The notes beneath the pieces are model-generated. The model did not search any database and had not been told where the DNA came from. It saw only the letters and a program-made list of their open reading frames with translations. A program made the position numbers and the translations under genes. A DNA stretch of 47,666 bases from Candidatus Nanoarchaeia archaeon (lineage in GTDB: Archaea; Nanobdellota; Nanobdellia; SCGC-AAA011-G17; JAGVZF01): positions 1-47,666 of the forward strand of contig DATDYQ010000048.1 in NCBI GenBank assembly GCA_035288965.1, given 5' to 3'. Below, piece after piece: positions 16,766-25,493 of the stretch. How positions within the stretch are numbered: position 1 is the stretch's first letter; each line of letters starts with the position of its first letter.

Positions 16766-17569
16766 TTAAGGAATATTACTAGGATCCCAACATGTTCTAA
16801 AGTTTTCATTAAAATTATCTAGCTTATTCATATCTTCTTTTTCTATATTGAAGTTAAAAACGTCAAAGTTTTCTTTTATTCTAAATTCTTTAGTTGATTT
16901 TGGTATTGCTACAATTTTATGCTGTAATTCCCATTTAATTAAAATTTGAGCAGATGTTTTATTATATTTTTTAGCTAGATCAATTAATTTTTTATCATTA
17001 AGTTTATGTCCCCTAGTTAATGGAGAGTAAGCTTCTAGCTGTATTTTATTTTCATTACAAAAATTTAATAATTCTTTTTGATAAAGATAAGGAGAGAATT
17101 CAACTTGATTAATAACTGGAATAATTTTTGCTACTTTTAATAATTCTTTTAAATGTTTTATTGTGAAATTACTAACACCAATTGATTTTGCTTTTCCGCT
17201 TTTATATATTTCTTCTAGAATTTTCCAAGAATTAAGTCTTTGTTCAACAGGCCAATGAATTAAATAAAGATCAACATAATCTAAATCTAATTTTCTTAGA
17301 CTTTCATTAAATGCTTTTAATGGATCAGAATGACCTGCATTCCAAAGTTTTGTTGTTACAAATATTTCTTCTCTTGAAATTTTAGATTCTTTTATTGCAA
17401 TTCCTACAGCTTCTTCATTATTATAAACTGCTGCTGTATCAATATGTCTATAACCTGTTTGTAAAGCATTAAGAACTGCATTTTCTGTTTCTTTTCCAGG
17501 ATTTGCTTGATAAACTCCTAAACCTAATATTGGAATCTTTGTTTTATTGTTTAATGTTAATGTTTCCAT
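16766..17569 (-). CDS. aldo/keto reductase (2,5-diketo-D-gluconate reductase-like)
   Basis: AKR hallmarks are present: GYRHIDTAAVYNNEEAVG, TTKLWN, LYLIHWP, IGVSNF, AYSPL. Confidence 0.85.
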   Translation of the reverse strand: METLTLNNKTKIPILGLGVYQANPGKETENAVLNALQTGYRHIDTAAVYNNEEAVGIAIKESKISREEIFVTTKLWNAGHSDPLKAFNESLRKLDLDYVDLYLIHWPVEQRLNSWKILEEIYKSGKAKSIGVSNFTIKHLKELLKVAKIIPVINQVEFSPYLYQKELLNFCNENKIQLEAYSPLTRGHKLNDKKLIDLAKKYNKTSAQILIKWELQHKIVAIPKSTKEFRIKENFDVFNFNIEKEDMNKLDNFNENFRTCWDPSNIP

Positions 17570-17635
17570 AAGAATAATAAGAAGTTAAAGTTTAAATTGT
17601 TTGTTATTTTATTTCTTTAAAGTGGTTACATATCA

Positions 17636-17650
17636 AAAGCTTTATAAAAC
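17636..17650 (+). promoter_or_regulatory. BRE/TATA promoter (aaagctttataaaac)
   Basis: The TATA 5' edge is 31 nt upstream of ATG 17672. Confidence 0.5.
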
Positions 17651-17671
17651 GTATTATTTCTTTATTTTATC

Positions 17672-17857
17672 ATGGAAGATTATTATCAGGTGCTGTTAGA
17701 TTATGTTAAGCCAGATGATGATAATGTTAGAAAACATTCTCTCCTTTTAGATAATCCAATAACTAAAGAAACTAGAATTCCTGATTTAGAGCAGTTAGTA
17801 ATAGATAAAGAAACTAAATCTTTGTTTCCAAAAAAAAATGAAAAGAAGATTTCTTAA
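17672..17857 (+). CDS. small ORF (61 aa); possibly the frameshifted N-terminus of the downstream transglutaminase-like protein
   Basis: It sits at the canonical distance from a promoter motif. It runs through an A9 homopolymer (17830-17838) that also contains the ATG of the 805-aa ORF in another frame. Confidence 0.3.
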   Translation: MEDYYQVLLDYVKPDDDNVRKHSLLLDNPITKETRIPDLEQLVIDKETKSLFPKKNEKKIS

Positions 17858-20255
17858 TGCTTTTGAGATGTATTTAACACGTTTTCCATTTTACAGTCAA
17901 GAGTTAATACATACTGAAATGGAATTGTCTAAAAAAGAATTTATAAACTTTACAAATAAAATCGATAGGGAAGATAGTACAAGAGCGTTGCTTAACTTTT
18001 GTGGTTATGATGTGGAAGGATTGGATTCAGCTAGAGATATATTTGAATTTGAACTTAAAAAATGGCAAGATAATAAAGATTATTATGTTCCTGTAAGAGA
18101 TTTCTTTGGGCCTTTTATTCCAGAGAATATTATTAATCTAGATGATCCTTATTCAGAAGAATTAATGAATCCGTTAAGACATAGCAGAGATTTTAGTCGT
18201 TATTTAATTTCAATTGCTGCTCTGCCATTTTCTTTAATGGCTCTTTTGCCTGGAGCCTTGTTATCTAAATTTTTTAATAATAATGATACGTCAGAACCTT
18301 TAGATAAAAGAGAAACTGACTTTAATACTAGGGATAAAAGTGATAGTTCTAGCTTTTTTGATAATCTTAAATATAAACTAGCTGATTGGTTAGAATGGTT
18401 TAAAGATATGAATTTAGTTGCTACATATAATAATGATTCAGATTTATTTTTTGTAGAACATTTGATATCAGATTTTCATTCTTCTAATGATAGAATAAAA
18501 GATTTATATAGAAATGGAGTGGCACACAAGGCTTCTAGTGTTTTAACTTCGTCAACAGATATTGAAGATGATGGTTTAGAGCTGGAATTTATTAATGGAA
18601 GTGCTCCCATAGACAAATCAAATATACCACTTCCGATGTTTTACTCTTTATTTGAAACTAGAGATAATGTTGCTAAGATGTACAGATGTAATTGGAATTT
18701 AGATGATACAATAAATAGTCAACTTAGTGCAAATCTTAGACTACCTGAAAAATTCATAAATAGAATTGATGAACTAGTTAAAGGAGAAAAATCAATTGAT
18801 AAAATAAAAGATGAAGTTAAAGAGATGTTTATTTATAAAAAGCCTAAAAAATATAAGGGATTAAGCAGATTTGAATCGGCTGCAGTTTCTATGAATGGTG
18901 TTTGTCAGGATGTTAATTTTTTTCTTTGGCATATTTTAAGGAAAAAAGGAATTCCTAGCTATCTTGCTGTGGGCTTGCAGGGAAAAAATGGAGGAATTAC
19001 CAGAGATTCTGGACATGCAAAAGTTATAGCTTATGACAAAGATAAAAAAGAATGGGGGGAATATGATTCAACTCCAAGAAAAGAAGATGTTGAAATATAT
19101 GAAATGAAAAGAGGATCAAAACAACCAAGCATAGATATTGCTTTCTTGAGAAAAGGTTTGGGTTATTTAAGTTATCCTATCTATATGGGATTAAGTTTTG
19201 GAATTGGAGCTATGGTAACTGGAATAAGATTTACCAAACAAAAAACATTAGAAGGTATGATTATGGCTGAAAAGAGGATTTGTAAAAATGTCTTAGATGA
19301 TTTAGAAGAACATCTTAATAGATTTGATGATAATCTAAATAATGTTGATAAAAATCAAATGTTGTTATTTGAAGAGAAAGAAAAAATCAAAGATGAAACT
19401 ATAGAAAATTCCAGAGATATCATGAATATGTCCAATATTCCGATAATTACTAATGATTCTGAAACAAATCATGAAATTGGAAAGATAGAAAAACTGTTTA
19501 ATCCTTTTAAAATTCTTTATCAGATTGATGAACTAAAATATGTTGTTGATACTCTCCCAGAATATGTTAAAAGGTATCATTATTTTGTTATGGCTGAAAA
19601 TGTTTTTAATGATGTTTTAATAACTAAAGGAGAATTATTTCCATTTACACCAAAAAGACCTGATGAATGGAAAAATGTTATGTTAAATTTATTTAATACC
19701 TTTGCCGAAATTAAAGAGCCTCCACATCCTTTAGAAACAAGACAGCCACGAAGATATTATTATAAAGCTAAAAGGGGAATGTCTGTTAAAATAGATGATG
19801 AAATAACAACTTGGGTAAAAAAACCAAGATTCATTAAAGATTTACATTCTGATGAAAAAAATGTTTTTATAGATGATAGCCATAACAATAATCTGGAAAC
19901 TGTGAAGAACATCTATGAAGGAATGACTGATTATAATGAATGGTATATGGTGACTCATGAAAACGTGGATATGAAACCAGATGTCAAACATTACACATAT
20001 TCTCCTCAAATATTATCTTTTGATAAAATGTGGGCTGTTTCTTCTGAAGAATATTGGACATTATTTGGAAATATAATAAAAAAACATATAAAAAATAGTG
20101 AATCTGTTTTTAGATATATGTGGGAAGATTTAGTTAAAATGCATAATGAGTATAGGAAAGGTAATGGTATGTATTCTTTGACAATCAATTATAACAATGG
20201 CAATATGTTTACAGAAACAGATGAAAAATATGTTGAATTAGAAGATCCATGGTAA
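17838..20255 (+). CDS. membrane protein with transglutaminase-like Cys-His-Asp core
   Basis: The core GVCQDVNFFLWHILRKKGIPSYLAVG...SGHAKVIAY...WGEYDSTP matches the transglutaminase-like cysteine protease pattern. TM segments flank it: YLISIAALPFSLMALLPGALL and YPIYMGLSFGIGAMVTGI. Confidence 0.65.
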   Translation: MKRRFLNAFEMYLTRFPFYSQELIHTEMELSKKEFINFTNKIDREDSTRALLNFCGYDVEGLDSARDIFEFELKKWQDNKDYYVPVRDFFGPFIPENIINLDDPYSEELMNPLRHSRDFSRYLISIAALPFSLMALLPGALLSKFFNNNDTSEPLDKRETDFNTRDKSDSSSFFDNLKYKLADWLEWFKDMNLVATYNNDSDLFFVEHLISDFHSSNDRIKDLYRNGVAHKASSVLTSSTDIEDDGLELEFINGSAPIDKSNIPLPMFYSLFETRDNVAKMYRCNWNLDDTINSQLSANLRLPEKFINRIDELVKGEKSIDKIKDEVKEMFIYKKPKKYKGLSRFESAAVSMNGVCQDVNFFLWHILRKKGIPSYLAVGLQGKNGGITRDSGHAKVIAYDKDKKEWGEYDSTPRKEDVEIYEMKRGSKQPSIDIAFLRKGLGYLSYPIYMGLSFGIGAMVTGIRFTKQKTLEGMIMAEKRICKNVLDDLEEHLNRFDDNLNNVDKNQMLLFEEKEKIKDETIENSRDIMNMSNIPIITNDSETNHEIGKIEKLFNPFKILYQIDELKYVVDTLPEYVKRYHYFVMAENVFNDVLITKGELFPFTPKRPDEWKNVMLNLFNTFAEIKEPPHPLETRQPRRYYYKAKRGMSVKIDDEITTWVKKPRFIKDLHSDEKNVFIDDSHNNNLETVKNIYEGMTDYNEWYMVTHENVDMKPDVKHYTYSPQILSFDKMWAVSSEEYWTLFGNIIKKHIKNSESVFRYMWEDLVKMHNEYRKGNGMYSLTINYNNGNMFTETDEKYVELEDPW

Positions 20256-20317
20256 TTCTAACTACACAATTTTATACTTTATGTTTTAATCTTTTAAAAG
20301 TGGTAACAAAGCGATAG

Positions 20318-20326
20318 ATTTAAATA
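20318..20326 (+). promoter_or_regulatory. TATA-like box (atttaaata) upstream of the AAA-Ubl-JAB-E1 operon; SD-like aaggtggg at 20361-20368
   Basis: This is the only TATA-like element in the 20256-20377 spacer. Unlike the leaderless genes, this one would have a ~30-nt leader, with GGTGG 10 nt before the ATG. Confidence 0.4.
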
Positions 20327-20377
20327 CTGCCATTTTTCTTAAAAATTAAGATGTTAATCTAAGGTGGGTATGATGCA

Positions 20378-21895
20378 ATGAGAAACAAAGAATACGAAGA
20401 AATGCAAACAACTATTCTTTTATTAGAAGAGGAAGTAAATCGACTACGAGAGCCTCCTTACAAAGCAGGAACTGTTTTACAACTTGGAAAAAAAACAGTA
20501 CGACTTATTGTAGATGGAGGTAGTTTTATCGAAGTTGCTATGCCAAGTGATAAAGGTTTAAGTGCAGAAATTAGGAAGAAATTAAGATCAGGAGCAAGAG
20601 TTATTTTGAATGGAGCTGGAGCTATTGTTGATTATTCTGAATTTGATAAGACCATATGTGGAGAAATTACCACTGTTGATGAAATTAACTGTGATAGATT
20701 GAGAGTTAATGTAAGAGGAGAACCAAGAATGGTTTTAAACACTCTAAAAGATGTTAAGGTAGGAGATGAGGTTCAATTGGATTTATCTGGATTACTTGTT
20801 ACTGAAAGATTTGATAGAAAAAAAACACGTTATGTTTTGGAAAAAATTCCGCAAGCACCTTGGAATAATATTGGCGGATTGGAAAAAGCAATTTGTGATA
20901 TTAGGGGAGAAATTGAAGAACCTTTTTTACACAGAGATATCTTTAATAGATATGGACAAGGTCCTGCTAAGGGAATTTTGCTTTACGGACCACCCGGATG
21001 TGGAAAAACAATGATTGCAAAATCTATTGCATATAATCTTGCAAAATTAACAGGCAATGGAGCAGGACATTTTATAAGTGTGAAAGGTCCTGAGATCCTG
21101 GATAAATTTGTAGGAAATTCTGAAGCAAATATCAGAAGAATTTATGGTGCTGCACGTGATGAAGCTAAAGAAAGTAATGTACCAACAGTTGTTTTCATTG
21201 ATGAGGCAGAATCAATCATGAAAGCAAGAGGTAGTGGAATCTCGACTGATGTTTATGACTCTATTGTTCCGCAATTTCTTGCAGAAATGAGTGGTTTAAA
21301 TGGGGGGGATTACGAAGTAGTCACTGTATTGGCCACTAACAGAGAGGACATAATTGATCCTGCAATTTTAAGAGATGGTAGGGTGGATATAAAAATTCGA
21401 ATTCCTAGACCAGACAGAAAGGGAGCTGAACAAATTTTTAAAATATATTTAAAAGATAGACCTATGCGTGGGTTAATGGCTTCTACCAAAGGTCTTGTTG
21501 AAGAAATTGTTGAAAGAATCTACGATGACGAAACAGCAGCATATAATATAATTTCTCCGACTGGAATTATTGGGAGTTTTGGTTATCAAAATTTAATAAG
21601 TGGTGCAATGATAAAAGGAATTATTGATAGGGGATGTAAATCTGCAATTCGAAGAGAAATTGAAGGCGGAAAGAAAGGGTTAGAAAAAGAAGATTTGTAT
21701 CGTGCTGTTAAAGAAAAATTTGATGAGAATTCCGAATTCACGCAAGCACTTGTAAGGGACGATTGGGAAGTTGTTTTTGGTGGAGAAGGAAAGCAATTAT
21801 ACGAAATGTATCGTCATGGACATTTACATTTACAAAAGGCTGATGAACAAAGTGGGAATGATGTTAAACAAAATGAAGGGAGGCAAAGTAAATGA
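20378..21895 (+). CDS. AAA+ unfoldase with N-terminal coiled coil and two OB-like domains; resembles Mpa/ARC more than PAN; no HbYX C-terminus
   Basis: The coiled coil EEMQTTILLLEEEVNRLREPP is followed by OB-like segments. Walker A is GPPGCGKT and Walker B is VVFIDEAES, with NREDIIDPAILRDGRVD downstream. The post-AAA segment is SGAMIKGIIDRGCKSAI...DDWEVV. The protein ends ...NEGRQSK. Confidence 0.85.
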   Translation: MRNKEYEEMQTTILLLEEEVNRLREPPYKAGTVLQLGKKTVRLIVDGGSFIEVAMPSDKGLSAEIRKKLRSGARVILNGAGAIVDYSEFDKTICGEITTVDEINCDRLRVNVRGEPRMVLNTLKDVKVGDEVQLDLSGLLVTERFDRKKTRYVLEKIPQAPWNNIGGLEKAICDIRGEIEEPFLHRDIFNRYGQGPAKGILLYGPPGCGKTMIAKSIAYNLAKLTGNGAGHFISVKGPEILDKFVGNSEANIRRIYGAARDEAKESNVPTVVFIDEAESIMKARGSGISTDVYDSIVPQFLAEMSGLNGGDYEVVTVLATNREDIIDPAILRDGRVDIKIRIPRPDRKGAEQIFKIYLKDRPMRGLMASTKGLVEEIVERIYDDETAAYNIISPTGIIGSFGYQNLISGAMIKGIIDRGCKSAIRREIEGGKKGLEKEDLYRAVKEKFDENSEFTQALVRDDWEVVFGGEGKQLYEMYRHGHLHLQKADEQSGNDVKQNEGRQSK

Positions 21896-22353
21896 GAATG
21901 TTTGGAAGAAAAGAAACTGCTGCTGTTAAACCATTTGCGAAGCAAGAAGTTTTAGAGAATGAGGTTGTAAAACCGATTATTGCAACTGCAAGACCTGGCT
22001 TAACTGATGAGTCTTCTGCTTTAATGAGAAGACTTCCTTCAAATTATGCAGGAAGAACTGTAAGAGATGTACTAAGCTATATGGTTGATTTCAATGAAAG
22101 CAGATCTGCAGAAGCAACAAGTCGATATGGTAAAAAAGTTAAAGATAGTGAAGCTGCTATAATAACAAGCTTGAAGAATGAACTTGGAGCTGCAGGAAGT
22201 GTTGTTGTTATTAATGGTAAAAATGCAAAATTAACTGACAGAATAGACCAATATTTAGTTGATAGAACTAAAAATGTCAGCGGAAGAAATATTCAATATC
22301 AAGAACTTGAGATAGAAGTTTCTGCAGTTCAGCAAGGCGGTTACAGGTTTTAA
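21892..22353 (+). CDS. ubiquitin-like beta-grasp (ThiS/MoaD/SAMP-like) protein with a ~50-aa N-terminal extension, ending GG-YRF
   Basis: The C-terminal part ...GSVVVINGKNAKLTDRIDQYLVD...ELEIEVSAVQQGG|YRF follows the ThiS/MoaD-type layout. The GG is at aa 149-150 (nt 22336-22341), followed by three residues. ATGA overlap with the ATPase gene, and GGGAGG upstream. Confidence 0.6.
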   Translation: MRMFGRKETAAVKPFAKQEVLENEVVKPIIATARPGLTDESSALMRRLPSNYAGRTVRDVLSYMVDFNESRSAEATSRYGKKVKDSEAAIITSLKNELGAAGSVVVINGKNAKLTDRIDQYLVDRTKNVSGRNIQYQELEIEVSAVQQGGYRF

Positions 22354-22396
22354 TTTCTTGCAGATGTAGAAGAATCTTAATCGGTTTGAGAAAGAA

Positions 22397-23398
22397 ATGG
22401 CAGACTTAGATATACTTTTAACTGGGGAAGAGCCAGAAGAAAAATTAGAAGGAGAAAAAAATTTTGGATTAAATGAATTATATATTTCTAAATATGCTTA
22501 TGAAAAAGCCTTTAGATATGCAGAACTTGTTATGCGAGAGAGGAGCGATAGTGTTGAAATCGGGGGATTTTTAACTACACAAAAAGGTGCCAATGACAGG
22601 GTTGCAAGAGATGCATTCCTTGCTCGTGATCAAGAAGTTAGTCGGGGATTTTATAAATTAAGTGCAGAAGATGTTTTGAAGGCTAAGAAAGAGATTGAAG
22701 ATAAAGAACAAAAAATTATTGGGTGGTGGCATAGTCATGGAAGATTTGATGCTTATCATTCTGAAACTGATAGCAAAAATCAGATGGTTTTGCTTAATCA
22801 AATTTCCACTTCTAATTATATTCCCTTTCCTAAAGAAAGAGATTATGATAGTTTGCAAAGCAGAATAGAAGGTAATAAAATAATCTTTTGGGATCCTGAA
22901 GATCCTATCAAGAAATTTGAACTTGAGTTAAAAGAAGAAAATCCTGAATTGGTAGCAAAGAGATTGAAGATTTTAGAGGATAAAAAAATTGGATTTGCTT
23001 ATAGTTTTGTTGTTAATAATCATAGATGGTTGAGAAAAAGAGTTCCTTATTTCGAAATTGCAACAAGAGATTTATGTGTAGACTGTATTAATGCAAATGA
23101 TGTGAGTGTGCCTGTTGGATACAAGATTTTTGATGAAGGGGAATATAAAATTGATGATGAACAATTGATTGCAGAAATTAATGAGCGGGTTCATGTTTTT
23201 GGTGAAGGTCATAAAAATAAAAAATATCTATTGCCTTCAACTTTTGAAGAGCAACGGATGGCTGGAACGCTTTCTAAACCAGATTTCGGATCGATATCTA
23301 AGGTAAGAAAACGTAAATACTACAGAACTGATGAAGGAAGTTTTAAAGGTAAAAAGAAAGAAGAGCAAAAAGACGATTCTAAAGAGGTAGGAAGATGA
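22397..23398 (+). CDS. JAB/MPN+ (JAMM) metalloprotease with ~200-aa C-terminal extension
   Basis: An exact JAMM motif, HSHGRFDAYHSETD (H-x-H-x7-S-x2-D), lies at nt 22730-22771. The upstream Glu is in SVEIGGFL. Confidence 0.85.
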   Translation: MADLDILLTGEEPEEKLEGEKNFGLNELYISKYAYEKAFRYAELVMRERSDSVEIGGFLTTQKGANDRVARDAFLARDQEVSRGFYKLSAEDVLKAKKEIEDKEQKIIGWWHSHGRFDAYHSETDSKNQMVLLNQISTSNYIPFPKERDYDSLQSRIEGNKIIFWDPEDPIKKFELELKEENPELVAKRLKILEDKKIGFAYSFVVNNHRWLRKRVPYFEIATRDLCVDCINANDVSVPVGYKIFDEGEYKIDDEQLIAEINERVHVFGEGHKNKKYLLPSTFEEQRMAGTLSKPDFGSISKVRKRKYYRTDEGSFKGKKKEEQKDDSKEVGR

Positions 23399-24078
23399 AA
23401 TATAAAATAGGACAGAAAGTTTTTATAAAAAGAGCAAATGGGGAGTTGGACCATAAACCAAAAGGAAGTTATTATTATGGGGGTAGTTTCAGGGATCTTC
23501 CGTTAGGATCAAAGGGAACTATTAATGAAATTGTCAATGAAAATATGATTGGTCTAAGAGTGGAAAAACAAAATTATGGTTATAGGTGGTATGTGCATCC
23601 CAGTGAGTTACCTACACCTGAAGAAATAAATTTACATGAAAGAAAGGAACAGGAAAAGATTAATTCTCAGTTAAAAAGTATTCTGTTAGCTGATGAACCA
23701 ATTGTTAAAATGTCGATAACAAGACAAAAATCCTTTGATCCGAAGTTTAATGCAAGAGAAGAGTTTGTTGTTTGGATAAGGGAAGAATTTCCGGAATTAA
23801 AAAAATATTCAAAGAACAAAAGAAAATATTCTGATTTAATAAATAGAAAAAAGGAAGTTATGGAAGGAGCAAAGAAAGCTTATGAACACGCACTTAAAAC
23901 TACTGACAGTTGTGTTAGGGTTGATTTTATTGAAAGCTTTAAGGAGCTTAATAAGCGTATGGGAAATTTTGCTAATGGGCTAGATGAGTTCGTTACCTTT
24001 ATCGAGTATGTTTCTGCTAATCTGATAAACAAAAAAGATAGACATTATGGAACAACTTTAGCAAGAAGAATAAAATGA
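23395..24078 (+). CDS. unrecognised family, paralogue 1 (SH3/KOW-like N-domain plus helical module with H-x7-C)
   Basis: 227 aa. It shares LLADEP..K....SFDPKFNAREEFVVWIREEFPEL...EHALKTTDSC...IEYVSANL...RHYGT with ORFs 25490 and 26121. ATGA overlaps at both ends. Confidence 0.6.
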   Translation: MKYKIGQKVFIKRANGELDHKPKGSYYYGGSFRDLPLGSKGTINEIVNENMIGLRVEKQNYGYRWYVHPSELPTPEEINLHERKEQEKINSQLKSILLADEPIVKMSITRQKSFDPKFNAREEFVVWIREEFPELKKYSKNKRKYSDLINRKKEVMEGAKKAYEHALKTTDSCVRVDFIESFKELNKRMGNFANGLDEFVTFIEYVSANLINKKDRHYGTTLARRIK

Positions 24079-25493
24079 CGAATGACAAAAATATACGATA
24101 TGACAGACAGCAAAGAATTCAAAACTGGCAGCAAGAAAGATTAGCAAATGCAAAGATAGCAATTATTGGATCTGGACAATTAGCCCAATTTACAGCAGCT
24201 TCACTTGTCGCTCTTGGTGTAGGAAATGTAGAAATATATTGTAATGAAAAAGTTAATGGAAAGGAATTCTTAACTTTTGATAGTAATGGAGATGATAAGT
24301 CTAGCTTACTCGAAAAGAAGTTGCATGAAATGAATCCTGATGCTAATGTTAGAAGTTTTAAAATGGAAAGTGATGATAATATACTTTCTTTAGTTGATAA
24401 TCCTGATATAATTTTAGAGTTGACAAATTCATCTGAATTAAAAGAAAAAATTATGGAATATGCAAATGCACATAATGTAAAAATAATTTCTGCATCAACC
24501 GGAAAAACAGGAGGAGAATTATATTTTGTTAAACCGGGAGATGATTATTCGAGTGCAAAACTTACAAAATACGATGGAGAAAAACAGAGAACATTCACTA
24601 GCGAAATTTTTGGTGGTATGATTACAGAAGAAGTTAGAAAGATTTTGATGCCTCTTAAAGAAGGAGAAGATGCTGTTAAGAATTTGGCTTATGATGCGAC
24701 TGCTGAAAAGAGATTCAGTAAAGAAGGAGATTTTGATGCACAGCCTTTTGAAGATTTATCACAAAAAAGAATTTTAATTATCGGAGCAGGAGCTCTTGGG
24801 AATTTTGTTGCTTTGGGAGCTACGCTTGAGGGAATCGGAAAAATTGATATTTTAGATTTTGATGAAGTTGAACCTCATAATCTAAACAGACAAATTATGT
24901 TTTACGATGCTGTTGGAAAGAAAAAATCTTTAGCACTAGCAGAAAAGATCAAACAAATTAACCCTGACATCGAAGTTAAAGGATTGGTTGAAAAATTAGA
25001 TGAGAATACAACTTATTTTTTAAACAATAACCCAGACTTAATTTTGGATTGTGTTGATAACTTTGCAACTAGAGCTATAACAAATTACTTTGCTGTTCAT
25101 TATGGAATTCCGTTAGTAAGTGGTGGAACAAATTCAAATTCTGGGCAAGTTGTTGTTTATGAGCCTGGACAGAGTGCCTGTTTAGAATGTAAACTTGGTG
25201 TTGAACAAGCATTAGGGGTAGCTTTACAAGGAAGCAAGTGCACAGACGCACCTAATCCAAGTGTAATCATGACAAATGAAATTATTGGAGGAATGATGGT
25301 TGGAGAAGCTTTGAAAGTTTTAGATAAAGGATATGGAACTTCAGTTTCAAGAATTTTGAAATATGATTCAACAGCTCCTGTTAGGGGTGGTTTAATCGGA
25401 GCTAGTAATGCATGTGAATGTTCAAGGGGAGAAATTAAGGAATGGCTGCAAGGGGTTAAAGAGATGTTTTCTTTAGCTAAGGATGAAAAATGA
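24075..25493 (+). CDS. E1-like activating enzyme with tandem ThiF/MoeB-type domains (degenerate N-terminal, active C-terminal)
   Basis: Domain 1 is RYDRQ...KIAIIGSGQLAQ...GVGNVEIYCNEKV and lacks the DxD...NLNRQ motif. Domain 2 is RILIIGAGALGN...IDILDFDEVEPHNLNRQ...LDCVDNFATR...CLEC...GSKCTDAP...CEC. Confidence 0.85.
   Translation: MTNDKNIRYDRQQRIQNWQQERLANAKIAIIGSGQLAQFTAASLVALGVGNVEIYCNEKVNGKEFLTFDSNGDDKSSLLEKKLHEMNPDANVRSFKMESDDNILSLVDNPDIILELTNSSELKEKIMEYANAHNVKIISASTGKTGGELYFVKPGDDYSSAKLTKYDGEKQRTFTSEIFGGMITEEVRKILMPLKEGEDAVKNLAYDATAEKRFSKEGDFDAQPFEDLSQKRILIIGAGALGNFVALGATLEGIGKIDILDFDEVEPHNLNRQIMFYDAVGKKKSLALAEKIKQINPDIEVKGLVEKLDENTTYFLNNNPDLILDCVDNFATRAITNYFAVHYGIPLVSGGTNSNSGQVVVYEPGQSACLECKLGVEQALGVALQGSKCTDAPNPSVIMTNEIIGGMMVGEALKVLDKGYGTSVSRILKYDSTAPVRGGLIGASNACECSRGEIKEWLQGVKEMFSLAKDEK

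Noticed and set aside
24075-25493. E1 as an ordinary MoeB/ThiF sulfur-carrier activating enzyme for molybdopterin or thiamine biosynthesis.
   Set aside because: There are no moaA/moaE/thiG/thiH-type neighbours and no rhodanese domain. It is co-operonic with a JAMM protease and an AAA unfoldase, and the Ubl needs C-terminal trimming. A dual sulfur-transfer role, as with the SAMPs, cannot be excluded.
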